From Propionivibrio sp. (lineage in GTDB: Bacteria; Pseudomonadota; Gammaproteobacteria; Burkholderiales; Rhodocyclaceae), in contig NZ_JAEUOI010000026.1 of NCBI RefSeq assembly GCF_016790145.1, positions 19,680 through 83,679 of the forward strand: a stretch of 64,000 nt of DNA. Direction: 5' to 3'. The position numbers and the translations under genes are program-made. The notes under the pieces are model-generated. The model was not told the origin of the DNA, did no database searches, and worked only from the letters and a program-made list of their open reading frames with translations. This document shows, in pieces, positions 1-10,835 of this stretch (the stretch's first letter is position 1; each line of letters opens with the position of its first letter).

Positions 1-382
1 TCAGGTTTGCCTTTTCAAAGGCGGCGCTCAATTGCTTGAGGGTCAACTCAGTACCGGATTTCATGCTGTCGACGCTGGGCGTTTCGGCAGAGAGAGCCGC
101 TTCAAGGCTGTCCTTGACGGCCAGCAACTCGCTGGCAAAGCGTTCAATAGCGAATTTGGCTGCCTTGGCAATGTCTTCCTGTGCTCGCCGACGAACATTT
201 TCAGTTTCAGCCTTGGCGCGCAGCCAGGCGTCGTGGCTTTCTTCGGCCTTGAGTTCGGCCAGCCTGATCAGTTCTTCAAGGCTGGGCGTACTATCAGCAG
301 TGCTCTCGGTAACCGCATCCGCGTTCCCGGTAATTGCTTCATCAGCATTTACATTGCCTTGTACATTGTCTTGTGCTTGCAT
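1..382 (-). CDS. grpE: Nucleotide exchange factor GrpE, 3' end runs off the window
   Basis: Not in the ORF track. Manual translation from ATG 382: MQAQDNVQ...[47 protein letters not shown]; GGGAGA RBS upstream. Confidence 0.95.
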   Translation of the reverse strand, partial: MQAQDNVQGNVNADEAITGNADAVTESTADSTPSLEELIRLAELKAEESHDAWLRAKAETENVRRRAQEDIAKAAKFAIERFASELLAVKDSLEAALSAETPSVDSMKSGTELTLKQLSAAFEKANL

Positions 383-412
383 AATTGGCGGTCTCCCATA
401 AAACTTTGCGGC

Positions 413-441
413 TAAGTTGGGGCGGTCTTCTCAATTTCAAG
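413..441 (-). promoter_or_regulatory. sigma32 (RpoH) promoter of grpE
   Basis: Minus strand CTTGAA-N13-CCCCAACT versus consensus CTTGAA-N13/17-CCCCATnT, directly upstream of a heat-shock gene. Confidence 0.75.
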
Positions 442-668
442 CACATTCCCCTAATTTTTTAGCATTGGTATATATTTTGATGCGTCTGATTGCTCTTCTG
501 CTGTAGAGTTTAGACTCCTGCATGACACGGAATACAAGGCATGGATTTGCTACCAACTCATATAATCAGCATCTTTGGCATTCCCGTTTCATGCACTATC
601 CCTGACATATTGCTAAAGGGGATACAGGAGTCGCGTGCGCGACTTCCTCGATAACGACCGGTACTGGC

Positions 669-2006
669 ATGGCAGAGAAAATAGGCAAGTACGAAATCAT
701 TCGCACCCTGGGCAAGGGCGCGACTGCTGTCGTCTACCTGGCACGCGACCCCGATACTGATCGTGAGGTGGCGGTCAAGCTGATTCATTTCGGCGAGGAA
801 AATGCGGCCATGTCGCGGCGCTTGCGCAAGCTCTTTCAGACGGAGGATTCGATCGGTCGGCGTCTTGATCATCCCAATATCGTCAAAATCTACGATGCCG
901 TAATTGAACCTGAGCGAGCCTTTCTCGTCATGGAATTCATTGAGGGCACAGCGCTTGACCACTATTGTGCGATCAATCGCCTGTTGCCCATGCATCGCGT
1001 GATTGGAATCATTTTCAAGTGCTGTCTGGCGCTTGATCATGCTTTTCGGCAGGGTGTTGTACATCGGGATATCAAGCCGGCCAATATCATGATCGACGCG
1101 GACGATAATCCAAAGATTGCCGACTTCGGTCTTGCGCTGAATCTGCACAAGGACATGAACAAGGACTCAACTTTCGTTATGGGGGTTGGTTCGCCAGCTT
1201 ACATGTCGCCCGAGCAGATCAAGAACTATCCGCTTAACCAGAAGACGGATCTTTATTCGCTTGGCGTCCTGCTGTTCCAGTTGTTGACCGGGCGCTTGCC
1301 GTTTCGCGCCAGCAATCAGGGGGCGCTGGTTTACAAGATTGTCAATTCGGACACCCCTTCGGTGTGCGCGCTCAATCCGAACCTGCCGGCCGGCCTTGAT
1401 CCGATAATCAAGAAGGCGCTGGAGAAGGATCTTTACAGCCGTTATCGCAATGGCGCCGAGTTCGCCAAGGATCTCTCGACCGTCCGCTATCAGATGCTGG
1501 ACGAGGATTCGACCCAGCAGGATATGACGCATTTCGAGAAGTTGCGCCGACTTGAATTCTTCACCGAATTCGAAGATATCGAACTGTGGGAGGTTTTGCG
1601 CATCAGCGTTTGGCGTGAGTTGTCTGAAAAGGTTGTACTGATACGTGAGGGTGACAAGAATCGTATTTTCGGGGTGATTATCAGCGGCTTCGTCGAGGTT
1701 TCGGTGGGCGGCAAGTCCATTTGCCGTCTCAATGCAGGCGAGGTGGTGGGCGAGATGTCGTATCTTCATCCAAGTGATACGACGCGCTCCTCTACGGTCG
1801 TTACGCTGGAACCGACCCTGTTTCTGGAAATCAACAGTGCAGCACTCGACCTCAGCTCGGATGAGGTTCTTGAAAGATTCAACAAGACGCTGATAACCAA
1901 GGTACTTTCCCGACTGCGCGAGGCCAACAAGGCGCTGGCCAAGCTGGGTCAATCTGCGGTAAAGGGTATTAGTTCCGGCTGTGATCTGGAACTGGCGCCG
2001 CCTTGA
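669..2006 (+). CDS. Hanks-type Ser/Thr protein kinase with C-terminal cyclic-nucleotide-binding domain
   Basis: GKGATAVV Gly loop, VAVK, HRDIKPAN, DFG, GSPAYMSPEQ; C-terminal LIREGD...GEVVGEMSYL...RSSTV cNMP-type motifs. Confidence 0.9.
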   Translation: MAEKIGKYEIIRTLGKGATAVVYLARDPDTDREVAVKLIHFGEENAAMSRRLRKLFQTEDSIGRRLDHPNIVKIYDAVIEPERAFLVMEFIEGTALDHYCAINRLLPMHRVIGIIFKCCLALDHAFRQGVVHRDIKPANIMIDADDNPKIADFGLALNLHKDMNKDSTFVMGVGSPAYMSPEQIKNYPLNQKTDLYSLGVLLFQLLTGRLPFRASNQGALVYKIVNSDTPSVCALNPNLPAGLDPIIKKALEKDLYSRYRNGAEFAKDLSTVRYQMLDEDSTQQDMTHFEKLRRLEFFTEFEDIELWEVLRISVWRELSEKVVLIREGDKNRIFGVIISGFVEVSVGGKSICRLNAGEVVGEMSYLHPSDTTRSSTVVTLEPTLFLEINSAALDLSSDEVLERFNKTLITKVLSRLREANKALAKLGQSAVKGISSGCDLELAPP

Positions 2007-2015
2007 TTCGTCAGG

Positions 2016-2065
2016 GGGTGTTGACACTCATTTCGTGCGCCCATGAAATGAATGTCATTACACCC
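2016..2065. terminator. Long imperfect hairpin between convergent genes, possible bidirectional terminator
   Basis: GGGTGT/ACACCC, TGACA/TGTCA and TCATTTC/GAAATGA arms pair; lies between the stops at 2006 and 2065. Confidence 0.55.
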
Positions 2066-3132
2066 TAAACCGTCAGGTCGATCTGCTGCAGCGTGCCGGC
2101 CTTGCCTTCTTCAAGCATAAAAACACCGCTTGATCTGATCTGGCCTTGAAGGGCGTTATTGTCATCCTTGAGGTCAAATGGTGTTTCAACTCGGGCAAGA
2201 CTCAGTGCCCCAACATTGGACTGTTTGAGCGTCGACAGTTTATCCTTGCCGGAAATATCCCGGGTCCATATTCGCAACTGATCAAAGGCGGCGTCGTTTT
2301 CGTCGATCCAGCCATTGTGATCGGCATCGAATGCCGCCAATTCGGCAAAGCCGTTTCCGCTTCCGGGTCCGAATAGCTCGGAACCGTTATTGATTTTGCC
2401 GTCGCTGTTGCGGTCAAGCGCAAGAAAACCACTGCCACCGGTCACAAAGTTGATATCTTCGCTGTTTCCGTCGGAATTGAGGTCAAACTTGAAGTGCTGA
2501 CTGTTCAGTTGGGCGGCTGTGCTGCTGAAGTTGAGAACAAGTGGGTCCTGCTTTTTCCGGGCATCTCCAAGCCGGATGCTGACATCGGACTGCTCATGGT
2601 AGCTGCGCGCCATCAAGAGCGAAACGTTAAAATTGATCTCCTTGCCATCCTCCGTACGAATAACTCCAGCCGCTGCGAAGCTCGTCTTCTCGTTTTCGGT
2701 GTAGGACTCGTGGCGATCATTTTCGACGCCGTAACCGGTCACTTGCTGCGTTGCCTGGGCCTGATTTGACTGATTTGACGGGTTCGGATCCTGTACTGCG
2801 GGTGCCGGGGAATCCACCTGCAGTTCTCTGGCGTCAAAAACCCTGACTTCGCGGCCGGTCAGCATGGCCACCATGGCGAGGATCAGGCGCAGCATCGGGT
2901 CATTTTCAGCAGCGTCAACGCTGTCCTGAATGGCGTTGGCTTCACTCGACTGTGCGCTTTTGCCGGCGTCAGAGAGTTGAACGCGATCAAAGGCTGGCAG
3001 GTGCGCGCGCCGGTTGCCTTCAAAATCGGGGCGGTGATCGCCGACCCAGGTGCGAAGCGACTCGCGGATTTCGTGCTGTTGCAGTTTGTTGTGGCTCGAT
3101 TCCATCTGCAGTGCGGAACTGGCGATTTTCAT
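2065..3132 (-). CDS. Conserved hypothetical protein with DxDxDG-type Ca-binding (VCBS-like) motifs
   Basis: 355 aa; QDPLVLNF, DLNSDGNSEDI, LDRNSDGKINNGSELFG, FDADHNGWIDENDAAF. Confidence 0.75.
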   Translation of the reverse strand: MKIASSALQMESSHNKLQQHEIRESLRTWVGDHRPDFEGNRRAHLPAFDRVQLSDAGKSAQSSEANAIQDSVDAAENDPMLRLILAMVAMLTGREVRVFDARELQVDSPAPAVQDPNPSNQSNQAQATQQVTGYGVENDRHESYTENEKTSFAAAGVIRTEDGKEINFNVSLLMARSYHEQSDVSIRLGDARKKQDPLVLNFSSTAAQLNSQHFKFDLNSDGNSEDINFVTGGSGFLALDRNSDGKINNGSELFGPGSGNGFAELAAFDADHNGWIDENDAAFDQLRIWTRDISGKDKLSTLKQSNVGALSLARVETPFDLKDDNNALQGQIRSSGVFMLEEGKAGTLQQIDLTV

Positions 3133-3151
3133 GGCGACCTCATTCGACTTG

Positions 3152-3177
3152 CGTTAACCCCTTGAACAGGGTTAACG
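3152..3177. terminator. Perfect 9-bp hairpin downstream of hemH
   Basis: CGTTAACCC-CTTGAACA-GGGTTAACG; no clear U tract. Confidence 0.35.
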
Positions 3178-3199
3178 GCTGTGGAAGACGATCACTTGA
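3172..3199 (-). promoter_or_regulatory. Candidate sigma28 (FliA) promoter for the 2065-3132 gene
   Basis: TCAAG-N15-GCCGTTAA versus T(A/C)AAG-N14-GCCGATAA; spacer one base long. Confidence 0.4.
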
Positions 3200-3212
3200 G
3201 CACTGTTTACGG

Positions 3213-4316
3213 CTACTGCTTCGCACCAAGCGCTTTCGCGCGCAGGGCACTGATCTCGAGCGCGGTCGGGTCGGGCGTGTTCCGGGTCGGCCAGCCTTGC
3301 AGATGTGTGGCGGCCAGATTGGCCAGTGCGTGAATCCACTCATCGCGCTCGTTCAGGCACGGAATGTAGTGGTAGTCCATGCCACCAGCCTGGATGAACT
3401 CGGATTTGCCTTCGATGGCGATTTCTTCGAGGGTTTCAAGGCAGTCGGCAGGAAACCCCGGGCAGATGACGTCGATCCGCTGTACGCCCTGGCTGCCGAG
3501 AGCCGCCAGCGTTGGTGCCGTATAAGGCTGCAGCCATTCGGCGCGACCGAAGCGCGACTGAAAGCAGATCTGGTACTCGTCGGCGCCGAGACTAAGGGCT
3601 TCGGCCAGCAGACGACCCGTTTTATGGCACTCACAGTGGTAAGGGTCGCCCTTGTCGAGCGTGTAGCGCGGTACCCCATGAAAGCTCATGATCAGCCGGT
3701 AGGACGTGGTCGGATGACCATTGGTCATCCAGTGCTGGCGAACGCTGCCGGCCAGTGCCTCGATGTAGCCCGGGTCGTCGGCAAAACTCCTGATCGTCCG
3801 GATTTCGGGCTGATTCCGGATTGAAGCGGCCCAGGCACTGGCCGCATCAAAGGCAGTAGCCGTCGTGCTGGAAGAATATTGCGGGTAAAGCGGGAGCAGG
3901 AGGATACGCGTGCAGCCCTCGGCCTTGAGCCGGGAGAGGGTGGTGGGTATTGACGGTTGACCGTAACGCATCGCGTAGTCGACCTGTACACGGTGTCCGC
4001 TTGCACCGAGAAAGCCGCGCAACATTTTGGCTTGTCGTTCGGTGTGCACTTTCAGCGGTGATCCATCGGGCGTCCACACCGAGGCGTACTTTTCAGCCGA
4101 CTTTTTTGGCCGGACGTTCAGGATGATGCCGTTGAGTATCAGCCACCAGATGGCACGCGGAATTTCGACCACACGCGGGTCGGAGAGAAATTCCTTGAGA
4201 TAGCGACGTACCGCCGGCGTGCTTGGCGCTTCCGGGGTGCCCAGATTGATCAGCAAAACGGCGGTCTTTGCCGCCGTTCCGTGACGGTAGCCGGGTTCGG
4301 GAAGATAGCGTGGCAT
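3213..4316 (-). CDS. hemH: Ferrochelatase
   Basis: [45 protein letters not shown]; ATG 4316 overlaps the hrcA stop. Confidence 0.97.
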   Translation of the reverse strand: MPRYLPEPGYRHGTAAKTAVLLINLGTPEAPSTPAVRRYLKEFLSDPRVVEIPRAIWWLILNGIILNVRPKKSAEKYASVWTPDGSPLKVHTERQAKMLRGFLGASGHRVQVDYAMRYGQPSIPTTLSRLKAEGCTRILLLPLYPQYSSSTTATAFDAASAWAASIRNQPEIRTIRSFADDPGYIEALAGSVRQHWMTNGHPTTSYRLIMSFHGVPRYTLDKGDPYHCECHKTGRLLAEALSLGADEYQICFQSRFGRAEWLQPYTAPTLAALGSQGVQRIDVICPGFPADCLETLEEIAIEGKSEFIQAGGMDYHYIPCLNERDEWIHALANLAATHLQGWPTRNTPDPTALEISALRAKALGAKQ

Positions 4317-5344
4317 CAGTAGTTGGCTCGGTAGGTCAGTGCGGAGGAAAGCAGTTTGGCGGTGATATCGACGATTGGAATGACGTGTTCGTAGGCCATC
4401 CGTGTCGGGCCGATGACGCCTACCGATCCGACGATCTGGCCGTCGACTGCGTAGGGCGCCGTGACGACGCTGCATTCGTCAAGCGGCGCCAGACCGGATT
4501 CGCCACCAATAAAAATCTGGATCCCGTCGGCGCGGTGCGAAATGTCGAGTAGTTGCATCAGGGCGGTGCGTTGCTCAAAAAGATCGAACAGTTCGCGCAG
4601 CCGCTTCATGTTGGACGAAAGCTCTTCCACTTCGAGCAGGTTGCGTTCACCGGAGATGACGTAATGTTCATCGGCCCGGTTCATGGCTTCGTCGCCTGCG
4701 GCCAGGGCAGCGGCCATCAAGCCTTGCAAGTCGCCGCGCAGTTTGAGCAGATCTTCCTTGACCCGGTGGCGGATCTGTTCGAAATCCTGGCCGGCAAAGT
4801 ACTGATTGAGGGTATTGGTGGCGACAACAAGTTCCGCTGGCGAATAGGGACGCTCGGTGAACAGAATCCGGTTTTGTACGTCACCATCGGTGGTGACGAG
4901 TATCAGCAGGATGCGTTTATCGGACAGGCTGACGAATTCCATCTGCCTGATTCTGGGCGTCTGGCGCCGCGGAGTGAGCACGATGCCGGCAAAATGGGTG
5001 AGACCGGAGAGCAGGTGCGATGCGCTGCTGATCAGTTGCTGTGGTTGTGATGGATGAAGTTGCCCCTCCATGTCGTGGATTTTCTCCGTCGCCAGAGGTT
5101 GCATGGTGAGCAGGCTGTCGACAAAAAAACGGTAGCCCCGTGGCGTCGGAACGCGCCCGGCCGACGTGTGCGGGCTGGCAATGAAACCCAGATCTTCGAG
5201 GTCGGCCATGACGTTGCGTACGGTAGCCGCAGACAGATCGAGCCCCGAAAACCGGGATAGTGCGCGCGAACCGACGGGCTGTCCGTCCGCAATGTAGCGT
5301 TCGATCAGGGTTTTGAGCAGGGTTCTGGATCGTTCGTCGAGCAT
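4316..5344 (-). CDS. hrcA: Heat-inducible transcription repressor HrcA
   Basis: [59 protein letters not shown]; start reset to ATG 5344. Confidence 0.97.
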   Translation of the reverse strand: MLDERSRTLLKTLIERYIADGQPVGSRALSRFSGLDLSAATVRNVMADLEDLGFIASPHTSAGRVPTPRGYRFFVDSLLTMQPLATEKIHDMEGQLHPSQPQQLISSASHLLSGLTHFAGIVLTPRRQTPRIRQMEFVSLSDKRILLILVTTDGDVQNRILFTERPYSPAELVVATNTLNQYFAGQDFEQIRHRVKEDLLKLRGDLQGLMAAALAAGDEAMNRADEHYVISGERNLLEVEELSSNMKRLRELFDLFEQRTALMQLLDISHRADGIQIFIGGESGLAPLDECSVVTAPYAVDGQIVGSVGVIGPTRMAYEHVIPIVDITAKLLSSALTYRANY

Positions 5345-5637
5345 GGGATCGATTCTACAAAAAGAAAGAACGTTTAACCACGAAGAAAAATGTCTTGAAG
5401 CAAAGCTTGATTGGACCGCGAGTACGTCCATAAGCGTGAGCATTCATGCGACCCACAACGCATTGGCCTTCGCCATAACGGTATTCCGGCCAAACCGCGG
5501 CTTTTCTCGCGATTACATTCTGTCTATTGCAGTTCTGCACTTTTTTCTTGCCCTTGTTCTGCGGATTGGAGTTTCATATCGTACCTGCCATGGTTTGAGA
5601 CGGCGAAAGCGATTCAAATTGTGGTTTAATTCGCTCC

Positions 5638-6564
5638 ATGAATGATGATCCCGTTTCTTCATCCGGCGCCAGTGCGTTTTCGCCCCGAACCATTGCGCTG
5701 ATCGGAAAGTACCACAGTCGCGAGATTATGGAGTCGCTCTGTCTTCTGGCGAGAAATCTTCACGAGCGTGGAATGACGGTCATCGTCGAGCAGGCGACGG
5801 CAAACCATTCCGAGGCACCCGCCGATCTGCGCAACTGGGCGATCTGCGACTTTGCGGCGATTGGCGAGCAGGCCGATCTGGCCATCGTGCTTGGCGGCGA
5901 CGGAACCATGCTCAATGCAGCAAGGCAACTGGCGCGCTACGGCGTGCCGCTGGTTGGCGTTAATCAGGGTCGCCTCGGCTTCCTGACCGATATTGCGCGC
6001 TGCAACATGCTGACCTGCCTGGACGACTTGCTTGGCGGCAAGTTCACTCCGGAGAGTCGCATGCTGCTGGTCGCCGAGATATGGCGCGGCGGGCAGAGCA
6101 TCGCTTCCAATCTCGCGCTTAATGACGTTGTGGTCGACAAAGGTTCCATCGGTCGCCTTATCGAGTTCGAACTGTTCGTCGATAGCGAGTTTATCTACAA
6201 CCTGCGCTCGGACGGGCTGATCGCTTCAACGCCGACCGGCTCGACGGCGTATTCGCTGTCGGCTGCTGGCCCCATTCTGCATCCTCATGTTTCCGGAATT
6301 GCGCTGGTGCCGTTGTGTCCCCACTCGCTGACCAACCGGCCGATTCTGGTGGGAGACCGCAACGAAATTGAAATCCGCATCGTGCATGCGACCGATTCGC
6401 GGGTGCACTTTGACGGTCAGGTGACTTTTGATCTGAGGCCCGATGACTCGGTGCGTATCCGTCGATCGGAATTATCGATTTGCCTCCTGCATCCGCCCGG
6501 TTACAGCTATTTCGCCATGCTGCGCCAGAAGTTGCACTGGAGCGAGAAGCCGGTAGTCCACTAG
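5638..6564 (+). CDS. nadK: NAD kinase
   Basis: [47 protein letters not shown]. Confidence 0.96.
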   Translation: MNDDPVSSSGASAFSPRTIALIGKYHSREIMESLCLLARNLHERGMTVIVEQATANHSEAPADLRNWAICDFAAIGEQADLAIVLGGDGTMLNAARQLARYGVPLVGVNQGRLGFLTDIARCNMLTCLDDLLGGKFTPESRMLLVAEIWRGGQSIASNLALNDVVVDKGSIGRLIEFELFVDSEFIYNLRSDGLIASTPTGSTAYSLSAAGPILHPHVSGIALVPLCPHSLTNRPILVGDRNEIEIRIVHATDSRVHFDGQVTFDLRPDDSVRIRRSELSICLLHPPGYSYFAMLRQKLHWSEKPVVH

Positions 6565-6590
6565 AGCCCTCTGAAGTACACTCCCACGCC

Positions 6591-8246
6591 ATGTTGCGTC
6601 GTTTGACAATTCGGGATTTCGTTCTGGTCGATCGACTGGAACTCGAGTTCAAGGCCGGCTTCGGAACCTTGACGGGGGAGACCGGGGCCGGCAAGTCGAT
6701 TCTCGTTGATGCGCTGGCTTTCGCGTTGGGCGAACGCGCCGATAGCGGCCTGATCCGTAGCGGTAGCGAACGGGCCGAAGTCAGCGCCGAATTCGATCTG
6801 CAGGGCTCGCCAGCCGCCGCTGAATGGTTGTGCGCGCAGGATCTGGATGCCGCCGACGGCTTGTTGCTGCGCCGGGTAGTTGATGGCAATGGCCGTTCGC
6901 GTGCTTATCTCAACGGGTCGCCGGTTACGCTTGCACAATTGCGCGAGGTGGCCGAGTCGCTGGTCGATATTCACGGACAGCATGCCCATCAGTCCTTGCT
7001 GCGTAGCGATGCGCAGCGCGTACTGCTTGATTCGCATGCCCGGCTCAATCCCTTGCTCGATGAGGTTTCTGCGGCCTGGCGCCAGTGGCGCGAAGCCAGG
7101 GCCATGCTTGATTCGGCGGCGGGTGGTGCCGAGGCGCTGGCACAGGAGCGCGAACAGCTTGAGTGGCAGGTTCGGGAACTTGAGACCCTCGGTTTTTCGC
7201 TGGAGGAATGGGCAAGCCTGAATATCGAGCACAAGCGTCTGGCACATGCCTCCAGTCTTCTCGAAGGTGCACGCTTTTCGCTGGCTTTTCTGTCGGAAGG
7301 CGATGCCGCTTGCGAGGTGCAGGTCGATACGGTGACCCGCCGGCTCGACGGACTGGCCGAGTACGATCCGGCGCTGGCTGATGTTGCTTCCCTGCTGCAT
7401 TCGGCACAGGCAGATCTTGCCGAAGCGGTTTCGGCATTGCGCCGTTACACGGATCGGGTTGATCTCGATCCGCAACGTCTGGATGAAGTTGAGCGCCGGA
7501 TAGAGGCGGTGCTCGCCTGCGTGCGAAAATTTCGCTCAAGTCCGGAAGACTTGCCGGCGCTCCTTGCACGTTGGCAGGGGCGGCTGACTGTTCTGGGGGA
7601 GACGAGCGATATTGTCGGTCTGGAAAAGCGTGTTGCTGCAACACGCAAACAGTACGAGGATGCGGCCAGACGACTCTCGAAGAGCCGTGCCAAAGCCGCT
7701 GATTCGCTGGCCGTCGAAGTCAGTCGGGTCATGCAGCAACTGGCGCTGGGCGGCGGGCGCTTCGAGGTCGGACTGGTGCCCGTTGAGACTGGTACGGCTT
7801 TTGGTCTGGAGCAGGTCGAGTTCCGCATTTCCGGCTTGTCGGGAAGCGAGTCTCGCTCGCTGGCGAAGGTCGCTTCGGGCGGCGAACTGTCGCGCATCAG
7901 TCTGGCCATTCAGGTGGTGACAAGTCAGGCGGCCAGCGTTCCAACGCTGATTTTCGACGAGGTCGATGTGGGGATTGGCGGCGGGGTGGCCGAGGTTGTT
8001 GGCCGCTTGCTGCGTGAATTGGGTGCCGAACGCCAAGTTCTGTGCGTGACGCATCTGCCCCAGGTGGCGGCACGCGCCAACTGGCAATGGCAGGTTATAA
8101 AGCGTTCCGAGGACGGAATGGTGCGCAGCCGTGTCGTAATACTGGATGATGATGCACGGGTTGAAGAACTGGCCCGTATGCTCGGGGGTGTTGAAATTAC
8201 GGCCATTACCCGGCAACACGCTAGAGAAATGCTGAACATATCCTGA
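6591..8246 (+). CDS. recN: DNA repair protein RecN
   Basis: LTGETGAGKS Walker A, ASGGELSRI signature, LIFDEVDVGIGG, QVLCVTHLPQVAA; start reset to ATG 6591. Confidence 0.97.
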   Translation: MLRRLTIRDFVLVDRLELEFKAGFGTLTGETGAGKSILVDALAFALGERADSGLIRSGSERAEVSAEFDLQGSPAAAEWLCAQDLDAADGLLLRRVVDGNGRSRAYLNGSPVTLAQLREVAESLVDIHGQHAHQSLLRSDAQRVLLDSHARLNPLLDEVSAAWRQWREARAMLDSAAGGAEALAQEREQLEWQVRELETLGFSLEEWASLNIEHKRLAHASSLLEGARFSLAFLSEGDAACEVQVDTVTRRLDGLAEYDPALADVASLLHSAQADLAEAVSALRRYTDRVDLDPQRLDEVERRIEAVLACVRKFRSSPEDLPALLARWQGRLTVLGETSDIVGLEKRVAATRKQYEDAARRLSKSRAKAADSLAVEVSRVMQQLALGGGRFEVGLVPVETGTAFGLEQVEFRISGLSGSESRSLAKVASGGELSRISLAIQVVTSQAASVPTLIFDEVDVGIGGGVAEVVGRLLRELGAERQVLCVTHLPQVAARANWQWQVIKRSEDGMVRSRVVILDDDARVEELARMLGGVEITAITRQHAREMLNIS

Positions 8247-8334
8247 GACAGACGGAGTAATCAGCGATTGAAAAGCAAAGGCTGATGGGCTACTCTTGCT
8301 AGCATAGCTCTCTGTTTTAAAGGCCATTTCTTCG

Positions 8335-8931
8335 ATGATTCTGAGTCAGGCAAGTAGTTACAGCCCACCAGATTACGCTATCGGAAACCCCGCACGTTTC
8401 GACTTGCAAGCGTCGAAGCCGCTGGGTACGGGAACCCGTGCTCTCGACTCGGCGATTTATGCATCAGCACAGGCAAGTGAATTATCGCCGGCAGAACAAC
8501 AACAGGTTCAACAACTCAAAGAAATAGATCGCAAGGTCCGTGCGCATGAGAAAGCGCACCTTTTGGTCGGTGCCGATCTGGTGCGTGGCGGCCCGACTTT
8601 TTCCTATACGAGCGGGCCGGACAACAAGCTATACGCGGTGGCCGGCGAAGTGTCAATTGATACCAGACCCGGTCGGACTCCGGAAGAAACCATTCCCAAG
8701 GTGGAACATATCCGCGCTACGGCCCTGGCTCCCGCTGATCCTTCTCCTGCAGATCGCCGCGTCGCCGCACAGGCCACTCGCATGGAAGGCGAGGCGCGGA
8801 TTGAACTGATCGTGCAGCAACGGGAAGAAGCCGCAAAGGCAAATCAGGGCAATTCCCGTTTTTATCGGATCATCGAGCAGGGCAAAGGCATCAATGCCGA
8901 AGTGGGCGGGCGGCTGGATCTCTTTGCCTGA
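8335..8931 (+). CDS. SprA-related family protein with HExxH motif
   Basis: LKEIDRKVRAHEKAH, GPDNKLYAVAGEVSID, ALAPADPSPADRRVAAQA. Confidence 0.75.
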   Translation: MILSQASSYSPPDYAIGNPARFDLQASKPLGTGTRALDSAIYASAQASELSPAEQQQVQQLKEIDRKVRAHEKAHLLVGADLVRGGPTFSYTSGPDNKLYAVAGEVSIDTRPGRTPEETIPKVEHIRATALAPADPSPADRRVAAQATRMEGEARIELIVQQREEAAKANQGNSRFYRIIEQGKGINAEVGGRLDLFA

Positions 8932-8939
8932 TCCGGCTG

Positions 8940-9389
8940 CTAGCGGTGATCGGTCTTCCCGGATTTGTTCCGATGCGGGCATTCCGCTTTGCTGCATTCC
9001 ACGTAGAGGTAAAGCGCATGCTCCTGAATGACAAAGCCGCGTCCCTTGGCGATCTTGTTCTGACGGCGTTCGATTTCCTCATCGAAAAACTCTTCAACGC
9101 GTCCACAGTCGATGCATATCAGATGGTCATGGTGCTGACCGGCCCTGATCTCGAATACCGCCTTGCCTGACTCGAAATGGTGGCGTTCAAGCAGACCCGC
9201 TTGCTCGAATTGGGTCAGTACGCGATAAACGGTCGCCAAACCGATGTCCATGTTTTCGCTGAGCAACATACGATAGACATCATCAGCACTCAGGTGGCGT
9301 ACCGGGGCGTTTTCAAAAAGCTCGAGAATCTTGAGGCGGGGAAGGGTGGCTTTGAGCCCCATGCTCTTTAGATCGCTAGATTGGCTCAT
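8940..9389 (-). CDS. fur: Ferric uptake regulator
   Basis: [41 protein letters not shown]; divergent from bamE. Confidence 0.97.
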   Translation of the reverse strand: MSQSSDLKSMGLKATLPRLKILELFENAPVRHLSADDVYRMLLSENMDIGLATVYRVLTQFEQAGLLERHHFESGKAVFEIRAGQHHDHLICIDCGRVEEFFDEEIERRQNKIAKGRGFVIQEHALYLYVECSKAECPHRNKSGKTDHR

Positions 9390-9517
9390 GACTTGGTTTG
9401 ATCGGTGGAGAAAAGAGGCGCTTATTTCGGTTATGATATACCGTATGACACCACTTTAAGCCTCCCAGCTCTTTTTCTCAGCGCATTTCCGACAATTTAC
9501 CAAGAAGCAACTCAAGC

Positions 9518-9991
9518 ATGACACTTTTACGACTTGCCCTAATGGCTCTCCTGGTGCTCGCTCTTTCCGCTTGTTCTTCGGTGCCACGCATCGTCAATGA
9601 ATACAAGATTGACGTTCAGCAGGGCAACGTTCTGACTCAGGATATGGTTGCCCAGCTCAGACCGGGTCAAACCAAGGATCAGGTGCGCTTTATTCTTGGC
9701 TCACCGGTACTGACCGATCTGTTCCATGCCAATCGTTGGGATTACGTCTATCGAATGCAGAAGGGGAACGGTGATGTCGAGATGAGAAAGTTCTCAACCT
9801 TTTTTGATGTCAACGGCAGACTGGCTCGCGTTAGTGGCGATGTGCTGGCCGCTCAGGCCTCGGATGCTTCTGCGGTACCGGAGACCCGGACGCGCGAGAT
9901 CGACCTGGGTTCGATTGCCGAGGATAGCGTTGCACCGCCGCTTGAAGAAAAGGGTTTCTTCGGGAAAATGATGGAAAGCGTGGGTTTCTGA
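9518..9991 (+). CDS. bamE: Outer membrane assembly lipoprotein BamE (SmpA/OmlA)
   Basis: Lipobox [28 protein letters not shown]. Confidence 0.93.
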   Translation: MTLLRLALMALLVLALSACSSVPRIVNEYKIDVQQGNVLTQDMVAQLRPGQTKDQVRFILGSPVLTDLFHANRWDYVYRMQKGNGDVEMRKFSTFFDVNGRLARVSGDVLAAQASDASAVPETRTREIDLGSIAEDSVAPPLEEKGFFGKMMESVGF

Positions 9992-9992
9992 A

Positions 9993-10799
9993 ATGGGTGG
10001 AATCAGGATTGCTGTCGTTGGCGCCAGCGGGCGAATGGGCCGGATGATCATTGAATCGACCTTGAAGGATGGCGAGGCCCGACTGGTGTCGGCCATCGAG
10101 CAGCCTGGCATGCCTGCGCTGGGCAAGGACGCTGGTGAACTGGTTGGAATGCCCTGTGGCGTGCCGGTAACGATTGACGTCGAGGCCGGGATCGCACAGG
10201 CCGATTGCCTGATTGACTTTACCCGCCCTGAAGGCACGCTGCAGCATCTTGCCCTCTGCCGTCGCCACAAGGTGGCCATCGTGATCGGAACAACCGGTTT
10301 TGATGAGGCAGGCAAGCAGTCGATTGCCGATGCGGCGTCCGAGATTCCAATCGTTTATGCGCCGAACATGAGCGTTGGCGTTAACGTGGTTTTCAAGTTG
10401 CTCGAAACGGCTTCGCGCATTCTTGCCGAAGGCTATGATATCGAGATTGTCGAAGCGCATCACAAACATAAGATCGATGCGCCCTCCGGAACCGCGCTTC
10501 GCATGGGCGAGGTGGTCGCCAAGGCCCTCGGGCGCGAACTGAAAAAATGCGCAGTTTATGGCCGTGAGGGGGTAACCGGCGAGCGTGACCCGTCGACCAT
10601 CGGTTTCGCTACCGTGCGTGGTGGCGACATCGTCGGTGACCATACCGTCATGTATTGCGGGATCGGCGAGCGCGTCGAAATCAGCCACAAGGCAGGCAGC
10701 CGCATGCCTTATGCGTTGGGCAGTCTGCGTGCAGCACGCTTTCTTGCTGACAAACAGAGCGGTTTGTTCGATATGCAGGATGTTCTGGGTTTGCGCTGA
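9993..10799 (+). CDS. dapB: 4-hydroxy-tetrahydrodipicolinate reductase
   Basis: [41 protein letters not shown]. Confidence 0.97.
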   Translation: MGGIRIAVVGASGRMGRMIIESTLKDGEARLVSAIEQPGMPALGKDAGELVGMPCGVPVTIDVEAGIAQADCLIDFTRPEGTLQHLALCRRHKVAIVIGTTGFDEAGKQSIADAASEIPIVYAPNMSVGVNVVFKLLETASRILAEGYDIEIVEAHHKHKIDAPSGTALRMGEVVAKALGRELKKCAVYGREGVTGERDPSTIGFATVRGGDIVGDHTVMYCGIGERVEISHKAGSRMPYALGSLRAARFLADKQSGLFDMQDVLGLR

Positions 10800-10835
10800 G
10801 TTCCTTCAGCCCAACGGATAACCTGGCTTCCAGGA

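Noticed and set aside
32-415. Plus-strand ORFs 32-415 and 36-401
   Set aside because: Antisense shadows of grpE, which reads cleanly on the minus strand
383-668. CIRCE operator for HrcA near grpE (also checked the hrcA-nadK spacer)
   Set aside because: No TTAGCACTC-N9-GAGTGCTAA found; only a sigma32 promoter is supported
558-2027. Long minus-strand ORFs opposite the kinase, and similar ORFs opposite dapB, the ABC transporter, fliF and flgK
   Set aside because: No recognisable motifs; typical antisense open frames in GC-rich coding DNA
4317-6590. N-terminal extensions of hemH, hrcA and recN in the ORF track (likewise fliG, flgL, flgH, fliK)
   Set aside because: They overlap neighbouring genes or promoters; downstream starts match family N-termini
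6565-6590. LexA box before recN
   Set aside because: No CTGT-N8-ACAG in the short spacer
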